Part shown: positions 1 to 10,067 of the stretch, piece by piece
How positions within the stretch are numbered: the stretch's first letter is position 1
Layout: each line of letters begins with the position of its first letter
DNA from: Kiritimatiellia bacterium
GTDB taxonomy: Bacteria; Verrucomicrobiota; Kiritimatiellia; RFP12; UBA1067
Direction of reading: 5' to 3'
NCBI GenBank assembly: GCA_016296065.1
Contig: JAEDKA010000011.1
Coordinates: 12,792-76,791 of the forward strand
DNA length: 64,000 nucleotides
The notes under the pieces: generated by a model
Told to the model about the DNA's origin: nothing
Seen by the model: only the letters and a program-made list of their open reading frames with translations
The model's database searches: none
Position numbers and translations under genes: made by a program

Positions 1-423
1 ATAGAGCAGGACATCAAGCGAGAGGGAAGCCGAAGCCCCGCCATCGGTGTGTCCGTGGATGCCGTGCCCCATCTCTGACGTCTCGGAATGCCCTCCAGAG
101 ACACTCGCGCCAAGCGCGTTCCAGGGCGTAGAGGAAAGCAGCGGCGCGTCGGAGGCTACCTGGCGGAGGGCTATGCGCGCGTCCTCCACGGCCAGCCGCG
201 CGCGCGTCATCGAGGGACGGTTCGCGAGGGCGAAGTCGACGAGTTGCGGAAGCTTCCACCCGACAAGCCGCACCTGCTCGGCCTCTCGCTCCGCCTCCTT
301 GCCCGTGCCTCGGTCCGCCCACGTCTCCTGCTCGAGGCGCGCCTCGCGCACGGCGCGGACAGTCCCGCACCCCGCCGCAAGGGCGAGGACGGCGAAGATT
401 GCAAAAATCCGTTCATGGCTCAT
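1..423 (-). CDS. TolC/NodT-family outer-membrane efflux lipoprotein, N-terminal part (runs off the left edge)
   Basis: My own minus-strand translation from ATG 423-421 gives MSHERIFAIFAVLALAAGCGT (lipobox) ...LPQLVDFALANRPSMTRARLAVEDARIALRQ...ASASLSLDVLLY. The frame stays open to position 1, so it is absent from the ORF track (no stop in the window). TAAAAT box at 432-437. Confidence 0.55.
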   Translation of the reverse strand, partial: MSHERIFAIFAVLALAAGCGTVRAVREARLEQETWADRGTGKEAEREAEQVRLVGWKLPQLVDFALANRPSMTRARLAVEDARIALRQVASDAPLLSSTPWNALGASVSGGHSETSEMGHGIHGHTDGGASASLSLDVLLY

Positions 424-483
424 ACTTGGGTATTTTACCAAAAAACGGCCCTCCCGCCAACGACGGAGCTTGCGGCGATGGTT

Positions 484-1101
484 TCAGCGGCGGACAAAGC
501 CGCGGCGGAAAGCCTCGGTGACGGCGTTGACGCGATCGGAGACGCCGAGTTTCGCAAAGATGCTCTTGAGGTGCTTCTTCACCGCGTTGTCCGAAATCGA
601 CATGGAATCCGCGATGCCGTCCGTGGACAGTCCTCCCGCGAGCTTCTCAAGCACCTCGCCCTCCTTCGGCGTGAGGTCCTCCGTCATCTGGCGCTGGCGG
701 TAAAGCTCCCTCACCGCCTCAGGCACGAAGGTCCCTCCGTTCGCGACGGCGCGCGCGGCCTTGAAGAGGTCGTCCGAATCGCGGTCCTTAAGCAGATAGC
801 CCTTCGCGCCCATGTTGAGCGCGCGGTACACGTCGTTGTCCGCTTCGCTCGTCGTGAGCATGATGACCTTCTGCTCCGGGCGGACCAGCAGTACGTCTTC
901 GAGAACCTTGATTCCGTCGCGGTCCGGCATGCAGATGTCGAGGAGCAGGATGTCGGGCTTCGTGTTCGCAACGAAAGCGCCGGCGCCTGTTCCGCACGGA
1001 TGCTCCCCCGCGAACGAGAACTCGTCCGAATGGAGATTTATCACGTACTTGAGCCCCATTCTGACCATCGCGTGGTCGTCGACTATAGCTATCGAGATCA
1101 T
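484..1101 (-). CDS. NarL/LuxR-family response regulator (REC + HTH_LuxR)
   Basis: MISIAIVDDHAMVRMGL, acceptor context ILLLDICMPDRDG, HTH LTPKEGEVLEKLAGGLSTDGIADSMSISDNAVKKHLKSIFAKLGV. Start placed at the internal ATG 1101, which forms an ATGA overlap with the kinase stop at 1098-1100. The track's 5' extension to 1335 overlaps the kinase. Confidence 0.9.
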   Translation of the reverse strand: MISIAIVDDHAMVRMGLKYVINLHSDEFSFAGEHPCGTGAGAFVANTKPDILLLDICMPDRDGIKVLEDVLLVRPEQKVIMLTTSEADNDVYRALNMGAKGYLLKDRDSDDLFKAARAVANGGTFVPEAVRELYRQRQMTEDLTPKEGEVLEKLAGGLSTDGIADSMSISDNAVKKHLKSIFAKLGVSDRVNAVTEAFRRGFVRR

Positions 1102-2510
1102 AATGCAATCCTCACTCCGCACCATTTTCCGTGTCTCACGAACGAGAGGCCGAATCCGCTGCGCCGCGCCCGCTCGAACATTCCGAAAAGCCCGAAGTGC
1201 CCCGTCTCCGGACCAAGCGTCTTCTCCGCGTCGAAAGGCTCGCCGTCGTTGAGAATCCTCAGCACAAGCCCAGACTTTCCGCGGGATGGGTTCGGGGACG
1301 CCTGAGTAACCGTCCGTTCCGGCTCCGCATCGCACACTATCGCAACATTCTTCGCCTTGCCGTGCTTCACTGCGTTTGTAATGGCTTCGCGCGCTATCGC
1401 GACGATGTCCCGCGCCTTAGTGCCCGATATCCACGACGGCATCGCGGCGAGCGAGGTGCGCACCCGCGCCGTTCCGCTCCTGTCGAGTCCGCGCGCAAGT
1501 ACAAGCAACGCCTCCCTTGCGTCGATAGGCGCCTCTTCCTGCAGCCCCGATACCGCGTCCCTTACCTCGACCTTCGCGGCGGCTAGAACGCCGGCCGCGG
1601 TGCGCACGGCTTCGCGCGCGCTTTCTGGAAGCCCTTTCGCGTCGAGCGCACCGGAAAGGAGTATCTTGGCTGTAGCGAGATGCTGTTCGATCGTGTCGTG
1701 TAGCTCGCGCGCCATCCTGCGGCGCTCCTTCGCGACTGCCGCGTTCGCGGCGCGCTCGCGGCGGATTCGCACGTACATTGCGAAAAGAACGGCAAGCGCG
1801 ACAAAAAACGCGGACGCCAGAACGACTAGCGCGGGGGTCGTGTAGTCCGGATTCACGATTTTTATGTCATCCAGTCCGGCAAGTTCGACAACTGGCAGGT
1901 GCACGGTGCCGTCGGCGTTGTATGTGTTGAAGGCGCATCCCGTGACTACGACGTTCTTACCTATGTAGCGATTGTGCATATATCCGTCCACGCAGCACCT
2001 CGCGTGGTTCTGCTCGAAAGCGAGCATGAATGTAGTGACGCCGTCCGCGCCGCGCCGCGCGCTTTCTATCCTGCCGACAATGGAGATGCGCCTGGCATGG
2101 TAATACCCCTTTCTCAGGTCGAAGTACTTCGCTCTTCTAGCCTCGGCCAGCGCCTCGCGTCCGAGAACCTCCATGCTCGACGCCTTGACGGCGGCATGCA
2201 TGCTGTGAATGACTACCGACCCTTCGATCGCCACTATATCGCCCTCGTCGAACATCCGCGATCCGTCGGTAAAGACAACGACGCCCTGTTCCTGCTGGCG
2301 GTTCGGATTTGCCACGACATACATGCCTTGATGAAGCTGGCTCGCATGAACAACTAGCGCGGCGAAACGACACTCTCGCCCTTCGCTCGCCGCCTCGCGG
2401 GGAAGCTTCCGCACCTCCTCGAAGGATTCTATCGCGTCTGCGCCGAGCGCCGGTGCCGCGGCGAGCGCGGCAACTGCAAGCGCAACGATATATATAGCCC
2501 TTCTGGTCAT
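1098..2510 (-). CDS. Membrane sensor histidine kinase (HisKA_3/NarX type) with a periplasmic sensor domain of about 220 aa
   Basis: N-terminal TM AIYIVALAVAALAAAPALG, second TM LVVLASAFFVALAVLFAMYV, H-box MARELHDTIEQHL, N-box EAITNAVKHGKA, G-box GHFGLFGMFERA. Confidence 0.85.
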   Translation of the reverse strand: MTRRAIYIVALAVAALAAAPALGADAIESFEEVRKLPREAASEGRECRFAALVVHASQLHQGMYVVANPNRQQEQGVVVFTDGSRMFDEGDIVAIEGSVVIHSMHAAVKASSMEVLGREALAEARRAKYFDLRKGYYHARRISIVGRIESARRGADGVTTFMLAFEQNHARCCVDGYMHNRYIGKNVVVTGCAFNTYNADGTVHLPVVELAGLDDIKIVNPDYTTPALVVLASAFFVALAVLFAMYVRIRRERAANAAVAKERRRMARELHDTIEQHLATAKILLSGALDAKGLPESAREAVRTAAGVLAAAKVEVRDAVSGLQEEAPIDAREALLVLARGLDRSGTARVRTSLAAMPSWISGTKARDIVAIAREAITNAVKHGKAKNVAIVCDAEPERTVTQASPNPSRGKSGLVLRILNDGEPFDAEKTLGPETGHFGLFGMFERARRSGFGLSFVRHGKWCGVRIAL

Positions 2511-2522
2511 ACAAGTATTATA
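2511..2522 (-). promoter_or_regulatory. TATAAT box 6 nt upstream of the kinase ATG (leaderless-type geometry)
   Basis: Minus strand reads TTTGATATAAT-ACTTGT-ATG. Hexamer at 2517-2522, only 18 nt after the stop of the upstream giant gene. Confidence 0.45.
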
Positions 2523-2528
2523 TCAAAT

Positions 2529-5500
2529 TCATTTCACCTCAACCGTGACTCTGTAGAACGCCCCGTCAGCCGGCGGATCGTCATCCACAAGGCTCACGCG
2601 CGACGATGTCGCCTTCTCCTCGGCGACCGCATTCGCGGCGTTTGTGTCGATTCCGTCCACAGCCGTTCCCCGTGCGAGTCGGTAGACCAATCCCGGAATC
2701 GACTTGACGCAGACGGAAACCTCCTCTCCCACGTCAAGCGGAGCCACTTCGTCTCCTGCATCGCTGAGCTCAGGCCTGAGCGAAATTTCCTCATCGCCGA
2801 CCGTCACAACCGCGTCCTCGTCAAGCGACACCGCGCCAGTCACGGAGTCAACCTTCACGATGGCGTATGCGGCGGACTGCGAGACGTCCTGCGCATCAGT
2901 CCACGACACTGCGACCTTGACCGTCGCGCTCGCGGGAACACCCGTCACCGTCGCTGTATCAGGAGAAACGACAACTTCGCTGACCGTAACTCCATCGGGC
3001 ACCGTAATGGCAACCGTCTCCGCCTCCACCTCGACAGTGTAGGTGCCGTCTCCGTTCTTCGTGATCGTCGCGTTTTCGTCATCCGTCGTCGGCGCAACCT
3101 CGACCGCCTCGATAGTCGCCGTCACGGTGTTCTCCGCAACCGCAATCTTCGCAACAAGCCCTTCCGCAAGTCCCGTCACCTCGACCTGCTCCACAAGCGT
3201 CCCAGCGCCTGCAAGCGTCGTGTAGCTGAAAAGGTTCGTGACCGTTCCCACAGTCCATGCCGCATCGCCAGAAATTTCGAGACAAGTGTCTGCAACCATA
3301 GTAAGCGTATCAATGCCAGTTCCTATGGCAAGGTTGACGGTCCCGCCCTTAACATTGAGGTCTTTCAGGCACTGGGTTCCGAGCGTCAACTTTGCCGAAC
3401 CTACTTTAGTGACATTTGGTTCTTTGGCGAATGTATAGAAATCAATCCTGCTGTCAATATTGAGTGCTCCGATCTCCATTGTATAATTGTTTGCGTAGTT
3501 CTGCTTCCACCAAGTTCCATTATAACACCCGAAATAATAAGTTCCCGATCCACCAACCATATCTCCGTCAGCATTTTTCACATAAGTAGGAGCACCTGAC
3601 TCGACAGTCCATGTTGCATTAGAGCTTGTCGCCTTGCTGTCCGCCCAATACTGGTAACGCCGTCCACTTCCGCCACTGAAAATCACCTCTCCGGCAAATT
3701 CCCTGTTATCTCCGCGCAGTTTGGCACCATGGTAATTGTTATCAGCATTATATAGACGAATCGTTCCAGTTCCTTTGAATCCTCCGTATATCTGGGCGCT
3801 TGTCTCATACTGATTGATCCAGTTCACGGTTCCTTGCGCCATTACCATGTCATTGCTGACGGTAATACCGCATCCGTTCGGATTGGCAAAACCCGCATTA
3901 GAAAGCGTCACCTTGCCTTGATTGTTGTATGTCGTCACAAGTTGCGCAGCGAGAGTTCCGCCTGTCAATGTGACATCGGCGTTGAACCAAGCTTCCTTTG
4001 CCGCAGCGGCCTCTGTAAGTCGGACAGTAGCGGGCGATATGAACGTTGCGTAATCTTCCGCCGCGTCGTTCGGATAGGTCGTCGCTGGAACGCCGCCTTC
4101 GTAGAGCCAGTTCGCGGGGTCGTTCCATTCGCCCTCGGCGACATTCCAGTTCCAGATGAACGAGTGCGTATCGACTGTGCGCCATGTCGCGGTGAGTGAA
4201 GTCGCCTCTTCGACGCAAAGCCAGAAATCGGTCTCCGTAGAGACAACCTCTTCGCTGTCGTTCTTCCATCCGCCGAAAAGTCCGCCCGCATTTGGCGTTG
4301 CGACAAGATGCACATACTCGCCTTTCTGCACGTCGATCGCCTCTGTGATCGAAGCTCCGTTCACCGTCACCGCTCCAGCAGTAGAGTCGCCGTTGGCAAC
4401 CGTCAGCGTCGTCGGATCGGATGCGTGTGAATAGGTGACGGACGATATGTTAATATATGGACTGTATCCGCCGGCGCCTGCATTCCAGGAATATGCCCAT
4501 ACATAGTAGGTTGTGCCCGCCGTCACATTCAGAGAGAGCGTGTACACCTTGTTCGCCTCGGTGAAATCCACTTTTGCATCGCCGCTGTTCGTACACGCCG
4601 AGGCAGCTTCCGCTGCCTTTATGTAAAGCGCCGCCTTGTACTTGGAACTCAGCGAATCTACTGACGTTTTGAATGATACTGTTCCGTCGTATGGGGCGGT
4701 GAACTTTATGTAGTGATCGCCTGTTTCCGACAGGGCAGTACCAAGCGCCGACTTGTCGTCAACCGCCACCTTGTACCATGTCGCTCCAGACGCACCTATC
4801 GAATCTCCGGAAATCATCTGGAACTTGAAGCATCCGTAGTCGAATGTCGAAACGCCCGTGCAGCTTGTCGCGCTGCTTGCGAGCGGCGCGAAGTCGTAGC
4901 GCATTTCAACCGCATCGCCCGCTGCGGCCTTCTCGAAATTCGCGGTGTAGGCGACGTCAGCGGAAACGGGAATGGTTAATGTCGCTTCGGTCGAAACTAT
5001 GTTCTCCTCGCCATCAGTCCAGTTCACGAACCTGTACGCGCTGCTGGCAGGCGTCGCCACAAAAGTCACTTCGCGCCCGGAAAACACTTCCGCAGCGGCC
5101 GCGCCATCAGCCGTCGCCGAACCGTAGTTCGCGTTGTTCACCGACGCCGTCACCGTTATGTAGACAGGTGCGTAGGAATATGCGATGGAAGAAATTGTGT
5201 AGTTGTGTGTATAACCCCCTCCGGCCCAGTTGTTGGAATAGGTCCAGATATAATATGTCACGCCAGCATCAAGTTCCGCCGAAAGCGTGTATTCTTTGTT
5301 AGCGGCATCTACGACAACGGATGTATATGGTGCATCCGGCGCCTTCGTGCATTCGCCGAACGATTCCGCCGCCTTGATGAACATCGTAGGCTTGCGGTTC
5401 GCGTTGTAGTTGTCAACGGAGAACTTTAGCGTGAACGTGCCGCTTGCGGACGGAGTGTAGATGATATAATTGTCGGCCGTTTCCGAAAGCGATTCTGCCG

Positions 5501-8500
5501 TTGACCATGATTTGTGTCCCAACGCGGAATTGTGCCAGTAGAGTTTTCCTTCAGCTGTCATGGAGTCGCCGCTTTGGAGAGAGAATGTCATGCCATTGTC
5601 ATTGACTATCGTAGCCGACGCAGGGACCACCGCGAAATTGCCGCGATAGCCGCTGAAATCCCATGTAGCGACGCGGTTCTCGTCATGGCCGTACTCGCGG
5701 AAGCTGGCGGAGAGTGAAATCGATTCAGTCGCATCTGCGACATAGTAGGTCGGACTTGTCGAAACGACATTCCCCTCTGCGTCAGTCCATCCTTCAAATG
5801 CATACATATCGGGATCGGCGCTCGTTGCCTTGAAGAGCAGGTCGTTTCCGGCGTAAACGGTGAGGCTGTCCGTTGCATAGCCGTTGATAGCGACGGACCC
5901 CATGCCGGGATTGCACGTGGCCTTTGCAGTCACCGTCGGGTATTCAACGCTTGAGAGCTTCACTATCTTCGCGTCGTCAACGTAGCCATAGCTTGACATC
6001 TGCGATTCGCAGCTTATGCCGAAGTACTTCCACGTCATGCCAGCGTAGCTACCGGGAAGGAACGCCGCGTTCTGGTATTCGACATAATCTGATCCGCCCG
6101 CCGAGACCCAGGCGCGATCGTTGTCGCGGTCGATTATGGCGTCCACGTCGATCCAGCGAAGCTTGTTCACTATGTTCTGCGGCGCATCTTCGTCGCCAAG
6201 AGTAAACTGCGGGGCACTTCCGGCATACGATGTCAGCGTAGTCCCCCTGATGTCGAGGATCGCCGTGCCTGTGCCGTTGAATGGGGTGGTGGTCGTCCCA
6301 AGCGAATTGAAAAGCTGCCAGGTGATGTGGCCCGAATCCATCATTACCTTGAAGGAAACGCGATAGCGTCCGTTCGTCATCTGCGCCGCATTGTCGAACT
6401 GATGGTAGAACCCGTAGTTCTTTTTCGTATTCCCGGCGTCGGCTCCGGCCGACATAAAATAGATACCGCCCTTGTCCGACAGCGAGTATTCGTTGACAGC
6501 CTGGGAATTGACAGCCCAGCCATCCAGCGACGAGCAGTCGTTGTCGAAGATGACATCGCTCCACCACTCGACGGGATACTTCGCGGAGCATGGCGCGTTT
6601 TCGCCGACCTGCCATGTCCCGGCATCGGCCTCGGCGATCCAGACGAGTGCCTTGCCTCCGGCCGGGACGGTGACGGATTCGACATCCGCGGCGGAAACGT
6701 CGTCCTTGCCCCTGTCGCTCGTCAGGAAGCCTGGCTGGTTTGGATTCACGAGATCGCCGGAGACCTTGCCTGCGCCGCCAATGTCATAGTTGTAGTAGGA
6801 ATAGTAGACACCCTGCGAAAGGCCTGATGCGCTGAAGACTTCGATGACGGACTTGTAGTAGTTGTTGGGGTTGAGGATGCGCATGGTGACGCCGGTGATA
6901 GTCACCGTTCCGTCTGCGTTGGCCGTCGCGTCCACATTTGCCACAGCGGCGTCGTTTACGTATGCATATCCCTCGGATACGGGCGTATCCCAGAAGGAAT
7001 TCGGCGCGAGTCCGGCGTTGATTATTTCTTCGGAGACGAGCCAGGGCGTGTTGTCGACCGTGCCGCCAACGCCAACCTTGAGCTGGCGACCATCTGTGAT
7101 TCCCTTCAGGACGTCCGCCTGCACTTTCGCGGCAGATCCCTCCTCCGCGTTCTCGCCTGCGGCGACGCGCTCGAGCGCGTCCTGCCAGACACAATACGCA
7201 GCCCTGTCGGCGCCAGCCGTGTTTATGTGCGTATTGTCGACGTTCGCGCCTTTCGCGCTGCGATAGTAGAAGCTTATCGCGGCATTGAGGGAGACATCTC
7301 CGTTGACGCCGTTGATGCGGCGCAGCTCATCGTTCATCCAGGCGTTGTATTTCTTGTTGAGGTCGATGAACGCGACGTTGCGCGCGCCCTGGGCGATCTT
7401 CTCCTCGACCCACGCCTCCCCGGCCTCGGCGATGCCCTGAAGAGAACGACCCCACGTAGAAGTCGCGCTGTCCCAGCTGTTGCGACGCTCGACCGGCGAG
7501 ACGATGACGAGATATGCGTCCGCCGCATTGGCGTCGGAGAGATACGTCTCAAGATTGTTCGTGAAGCTTGTGACGCCGCTCTCGTTGTGTCCGTATTCAA
7601 CGTAAAGATAGTCGCCGGGCTTCAGGCGGCAGCTCTGGCGATGCGCATTGGCGTTCGTGGCAAGCCCGCCCTCCCCCTGGTTGCGGATGGAGAGGTTGGC
7701 GGGAGCCCAGCGAGAAAGCCCCGAGCCGACGCCAGCATAGTTTTGAAGCGAGAAAAACGGCGTCGCAATCGCCTGATCCGTTCCGGTGGAGTCCGTGCAA
7801 AGCCACATGGTCCGCCCGACGTTCATGTTACCCACCGCCTCGCCGCGGACGGTTCCGGCGATCTGCGGCTGCTTGACGACGGTAAGCGACGCGAGCGCGG
7901 CGTTCTCTCCGACGACGCATACATTGACACAGTCGTCGCGATATGTGCCTTGAGTCTTGTAGACATTCGGCGCAAGTTCGACACTCCATGCGAAGGTCTT
8001 CGTCTCGCCTGGCGCAAGGGAGAGATGATGCGCGATGATGTGTGTGCGTTCGGAGAACAGCGTTACATCGGCGCTCGCCGTGGAGGATGCGTTCGCCACG
8101 GTACAGGTGACAGCGTAGTAGGCGTACTCCTCGCCGCGCATCGCGAAACGAACCGGATAGCGTCCTTCGTAGTCAGAGGCTCCGGCGGGGAGGTATTCCG
8201 ACTTTGCAGGACCGGCCACGCAAGAGACGCCGCTCGCGTCCGCAGCATTGCGAAGGACGATCTTCTGACCCGAAACCACGCTAAATCCATCGATTGCACG
8301 AGGCTCGCCCAGCGACCAGGGAATGTCGTCAATATAGGATGTGTCCGTCGTGCCGAGAAAGCCATACGAGAACTTGCCGCTCTCCAGCGTCTCGTCCTTC
8401 ACATCGCAGACCGCATCCGCCGAGACGGGTATCGCTCCATCCTGGGTTTCGCCCACGCCGAACGTGAACTTATATACGCCGTCGGACGGCACGGATGCCG

Positions 8501-8567
8501 TCGTGAAAGCGGCGGCGGTGAAGGCAAGCATGCCAGCGCATGCCATGAGTGCAGCTTTTGATTTCAT
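2529..8567 (-). CDS. Giant secreted protein: SGNH/CE12-like acetylesterase + InlB-B-type (Listeria-Bacteroides) repeats/CBM-like modules + C-terminal PATR beta-strand module
   Basis: Signal peptide MKSKAALMACAGMLAFTAAAF. SGNH blocks MWLCTDSTGTDQ, GHNESG and DNTHINTAGADRAAY. Repeats FEGWTDAEGNVVSTSPTYYV, FVNWTDGEENIVSTEATLTI and FGGWKNDSEEVVSTETDFWL. PATR module GTGTIRLYNADNNYHGAKLRGDNREFAGEVIF. Start moved to Met50 of the track ORF, computed from ORF arithmetic (+/-1 nt). Confidence 0.8.
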   Translation of the reverse strand: MKSKAALMACAGMLAFTAAAFTTASVPSDGVYKFTFGVGETQDGAIPVSADAVCDVKDETLESGKFSYGFLGTTDTSYIDDIPWSLGEPRAIDGFSVVSGQKIVLRNAADASGVSCVAGPAKSEYLPAGASDYEGRYPVRFAMRGEEYAYYAVTCTVANASSTASADVTLFSERTHIIAHHLSLAPGETKTFAWSVELAPNVYKTQGTYRDDCVNVCVVGENAALASLTVVKQPQIAGTVRGEAVGNMNVGRTMWLCTDSTGTDQAIATPFFSLQNYAGVGSGLSRWAPANLSIRNQGEGGLATNANAHRQSCRLKPGDYLYVEYGHNESGVTSFTNNLETYLSDANAADAYLVIVSPVERRNSWDSATSTWGRSLQGIAEAGEAWVEEKIAQGARNVAFIDLNKKYNAWMNDELRRINGVNGDVSLNAAISFYYRSAKGANVDNTHINTAGADRAAYCVWQDALERVAAGENAEEGSAAKVQADVLKGITDGRQLKVGVGGTVDNTPWLVSEEIINAGLAPNSFWDTPVSEGYAYVNDAAVANVDATANADGTVTITGVTMRILNPNNYYKSVIEVFSASGLSQGVYYSYYNYDIGGAGKVSGDLVNPNQPGFLTSDRGKDDVSAADVESVTVPAGGKALVWIAEADAGTWQVGENAPCSAKYPVEWWSDVIFDNDCSSLDGWAVNSQAVNEYSLSDKGGIYFMSAGADAGNTKKNYGFYHQFDNAAQMTNGRYRVSFKVMMDSGHITWQLFNSLGTTTTPFNGTGTAILDIRGTTLTSYAGSAPQFTLGDEDAPQNIVNKLRWIDVDAIIDRDNDRAWVSAGGSDYVEYQNAAFLPGSYAGMTWKYFGISCESQMSSYGYVDDAKIVKLSSVEYPTVTAKATCNPGMGSVAINGYATDSLTVYAGNDLLFKATSADPDMYAFEGWTDAEGNVVSTSPTYYVADATESISLSASFREYGHDENRVATWDFSGYRGNFAVVPASATIVNDNGMTFSLQSGDSMTAEGKLYWHNSALGHKSWSTAESLSETADNYIIYTPSASGTFTLKFSVDNYNANRKPTMFIKAAESFGECTKAPDAPYTSVVVDAANKEYTLSAELDAGVTYYIWTYSNNWAGGGYTHNYTISSIAYSYAPVYITVTASVNNANYGSATADGAAAAEVFSGREVTFVATPASSAYRFVNWTDGEENIVSTEATLTIPVSADVAYTANFEKAAAGDAVEMRYDFAPLASSATSCTGVSTFDYGCFKFQMISGDSIGASGATWYKVAVDDKSALGTALSETGDHYIKFTAPYDGTVSFKTSVDSLSSKYKAALYIKAAEAASACTNSGDAKVDFTEANKVYTLSLNVTAGTTYYVWAYSWNAGAGGYSPYINISSVTYSHASDPTTLTVANGDSTAGAVTVNGASITEAIDVQKGEYVHLVATPNAGGLFGGWKNDSEEVVSTETDFWLCVEEATSLTATWRTVDTHSFIWNWNVAEGEWNDPANWLYEGGVPATTYPNDAAEDYATFISPATVRLTEAAAAKEAWFNADVTLTGGTLAAQLVTTYNNQGKVTLSNAGFANPNGCGITVSNDMVMAQGTVNWINQYETSAQIYGGFKGTGTIRLYNADNNYHGAKLRGDNREFAGEVIFSGGSGRRYQYWADSKATSSNATWTVESGAPTYVKNADGDMVGGSGTYYFGCYNGTWWKQNYANNYTMEIGALNIDSRIDFYTFAKEPNVTKVGSAKLTLGTQCLKDLNVKGGTVNLAIGTGIDTLTMVADTCLEISGDAAWTVGTVTNLFSYTTLAGAGTLVEQVEVTGLAEGLVAKIAVAENTVTATIEAVEVAPTTDDENATITKNGDGTYTVEVEAETVAITVPDGVTVSEVVVSPDTATVTGVPASATVKVAVSWTDAQDVSQSAAYAIVKVDSVTGAVSLDEDAVVTVGDEEISLRPELSDAGDEVAPLDVGEEVSVCVKSIPGLVYRLARGTAVDGIDTNAANAVAEEKATSSRVSLVDDDPPADGAFYRVTVEVK

Positions 8568-8640
8568 TATGGTATTCCCTTTCCCAACATCATAATACCA
8601 AAACCCGCAACCGGCCGTAGTACCCGAACAGATACCACAC
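8568..8640 (-). promoter_or_regulatory. Promoter of the giant esterase gene: GGTATCTGTTCGGGTAC box, N22, TATTAT, leader of about 25 nt
   Basis: Minus strand reads GTGTGGTATCTGTTCGGGTAC-N22-TATTAT-gatgttgggaagggaataccata-ATG. Coordinates +/-1. Confidence 0.4.
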
Positions 8641-8700
8641 GGCAAAAGGCAAAAAGGCAGGGCGAAAAGCCCTGCCCGCAGCCGTTTGCATTCCCATGCC

Positions 8701-10044
8701 TCAGCGGCAGTCACCGGCGAGCTTCGTGCCGTCGACGCGGCACGTCGCGAAAAAGAGTCGGCCCGACTTTTCGCGGCCGAGCGCCTTCACGACCGGCGTG
8801 TCAAGCTCGATGAGCGGGAAGATCAGGACGAGATCGCCGTTCGCCTCGTCCGTCCCGACGGGCTTCACGCCCGCGCCGAAGGCGACCATCGACTGCGGAC
8901 CGAACGTCACGCTTTCGACATCGACGTCGGCCTGCGGATTGAATCCGCGCTCCTTCATGATGCGCATCTCCCATCCGCGGCGCGTCTTCCGGAATGTCTG
9001 CACGCGGCGTCCGGGATTCACCGGTATCGTGATGTTCTTCGACGAATGGATGTCGCCGCCGCGGTCCTCGCGCTTCACGCAGTCGATGACCGCGAAATTC
9101 GCCTGGAATACGCGCCCGTAGACATCCGTCGTCACGCGCATGCGCTCGTACTTGAACCACTCGTTCGCAACGCCTCCCGCAACGCGGGCGATTCCCGGCC
9201 TGTATGCCTCGCCCGGCTGAGTCGTCCAGTTGAAGCCGTCCGGCGAAGTGAGATACCACGCGACGCGTCCGAGCCAGTCGTTGACGACAAGGTGGTACTG
9301 CACCTCGTCGCGCCACAGGACGGGATCCTCAAAGCGCCCCGCGACGTCGGGATACACGCGGCCTGTCATCATCACGAACGGCTTGATTCCGTCTTCGCTC
9401 AGCCATATCGCCCCGCCGCGGCAGACCGCGAGCACCGAGCCGTCGGGACGCCGCGTGAAGGAGAAGTTCGACTCGCCCTCGATGAGCTTGCGTCCGTTGA
9501 GGTCGAGCTGCAGCCTTTCGTATTTCCAAGGGCCGTTCACAGACGCCGACCGGTAGACGTGCGCCTGTGACTTGGAATCGATGCAGTAGACGGCGAAGGA
9601 TCCGTCCTTGCAGCGGAAGAGCTCTGGGTTGTGCCCCTGACCAAGCACCTCGACAAACTTGAAGTCCCCGTCGGAACGGGGCGACACGCAGTGCGCTATC
9701 TCGCTGTTCGGCCAGAACATGTGCCCCTTCGGCTCCGACTCCTTCCAGCGCGCGACGAAAAGATGGTACCTTCCGTCGACATAGACGATGTTCCCGCCCC
9801 AGTAGGAGTAGTCTGGCTCCTCCATTCCGTTGCGCACGTCGCGCGGCTTGACGTTGTCGCCGCCCCAGCATTCGGAGGTCAGCGGACCAATCGGCTTCGA
9901 TTCCTCGAACCGGTCCATGAAGCGTCCGCCGGGGACGATGCGGTCCCATCCTGCGGGGCGCGGACGCTCCACGGACTGCGCAAACAAAATCTGCGGCATG
10001 CAGAAGGCAATGGCGAACAGCGAGCAGGCAGACAGACTTTTCAT
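8701..10044 (-). CDS. Secreted five-bladed beta-propeller glycoside hydrolase (GH43-like clan)
   Basis: Signal peptide MKSLSACSLFAIAFCMPQILFA. Propeller-type blades YWGGNIVYVDGRYHLFVARW, HNPELFRCKDGSFAVYCI, FTRRPDGSVLAV and FEDPVLWRDEVQYHLVVNDW. ATG 10044 chosen over the TTG at 10053. The family call comes from motif recall only. Confidence 0.55.
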   Translation of the reverse strand: MKSLSACSLFAIAFCMPQILFAQSVERPRPAGWDRIVPGGRFMDRFEESKPIGPLTSECWGGDNVKPRDVRNGMEEPDYSYWGGNIVYVDGRYHLFVARWKESEPKGHMFWPNSEIAHCVSPRSDGDFKFVEVLGQGHNPELFRCKDGSFAVYCIDSKSQAHVYRSASVNGPWKYERLQLDLNGRKLIEGESNFSFTRRPDGSVLAVCRGGAIWLSEDGIKPFVMMTGRVYPDVAGRFEDPVLWRDEVQYHLVVNDWLGRVAWYLTSPDGFNWTTQPGEAYRPGIARVAGGVANEWFKYERMRVTTDVYGRVFQANFAVIDCVKREDRGGDIHSSKNITIPVNPGRRVQTFRKTRRGWEMRIMKERGFNPQADVDVESVTFGPQSMVAFGAGVKPVGTDEANGDLVLIFPLIELDTPVVKALGREKSGRLFFATCRVDGTKLAGDCR

Positions 10045-10067
10045 GTTTGACAAAATATTTTGGATGA

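Noticed and set aside
2529-8714. GTG-initiated 49-aa N-terminal extension of the giant esterase/PATR protein.
   Set aside because: The extension (MTAAEAWECKRLRAG...) has no signal peptide and covers the predicted promoter. Met50 begins a canonical signal peptide (MKSKAALMACAGMLAF). The same reasoning was used to trim the track ORFs at 1335, 12752, 33176, 37344, 42099, 44101, 48679, 53864 and 55970.
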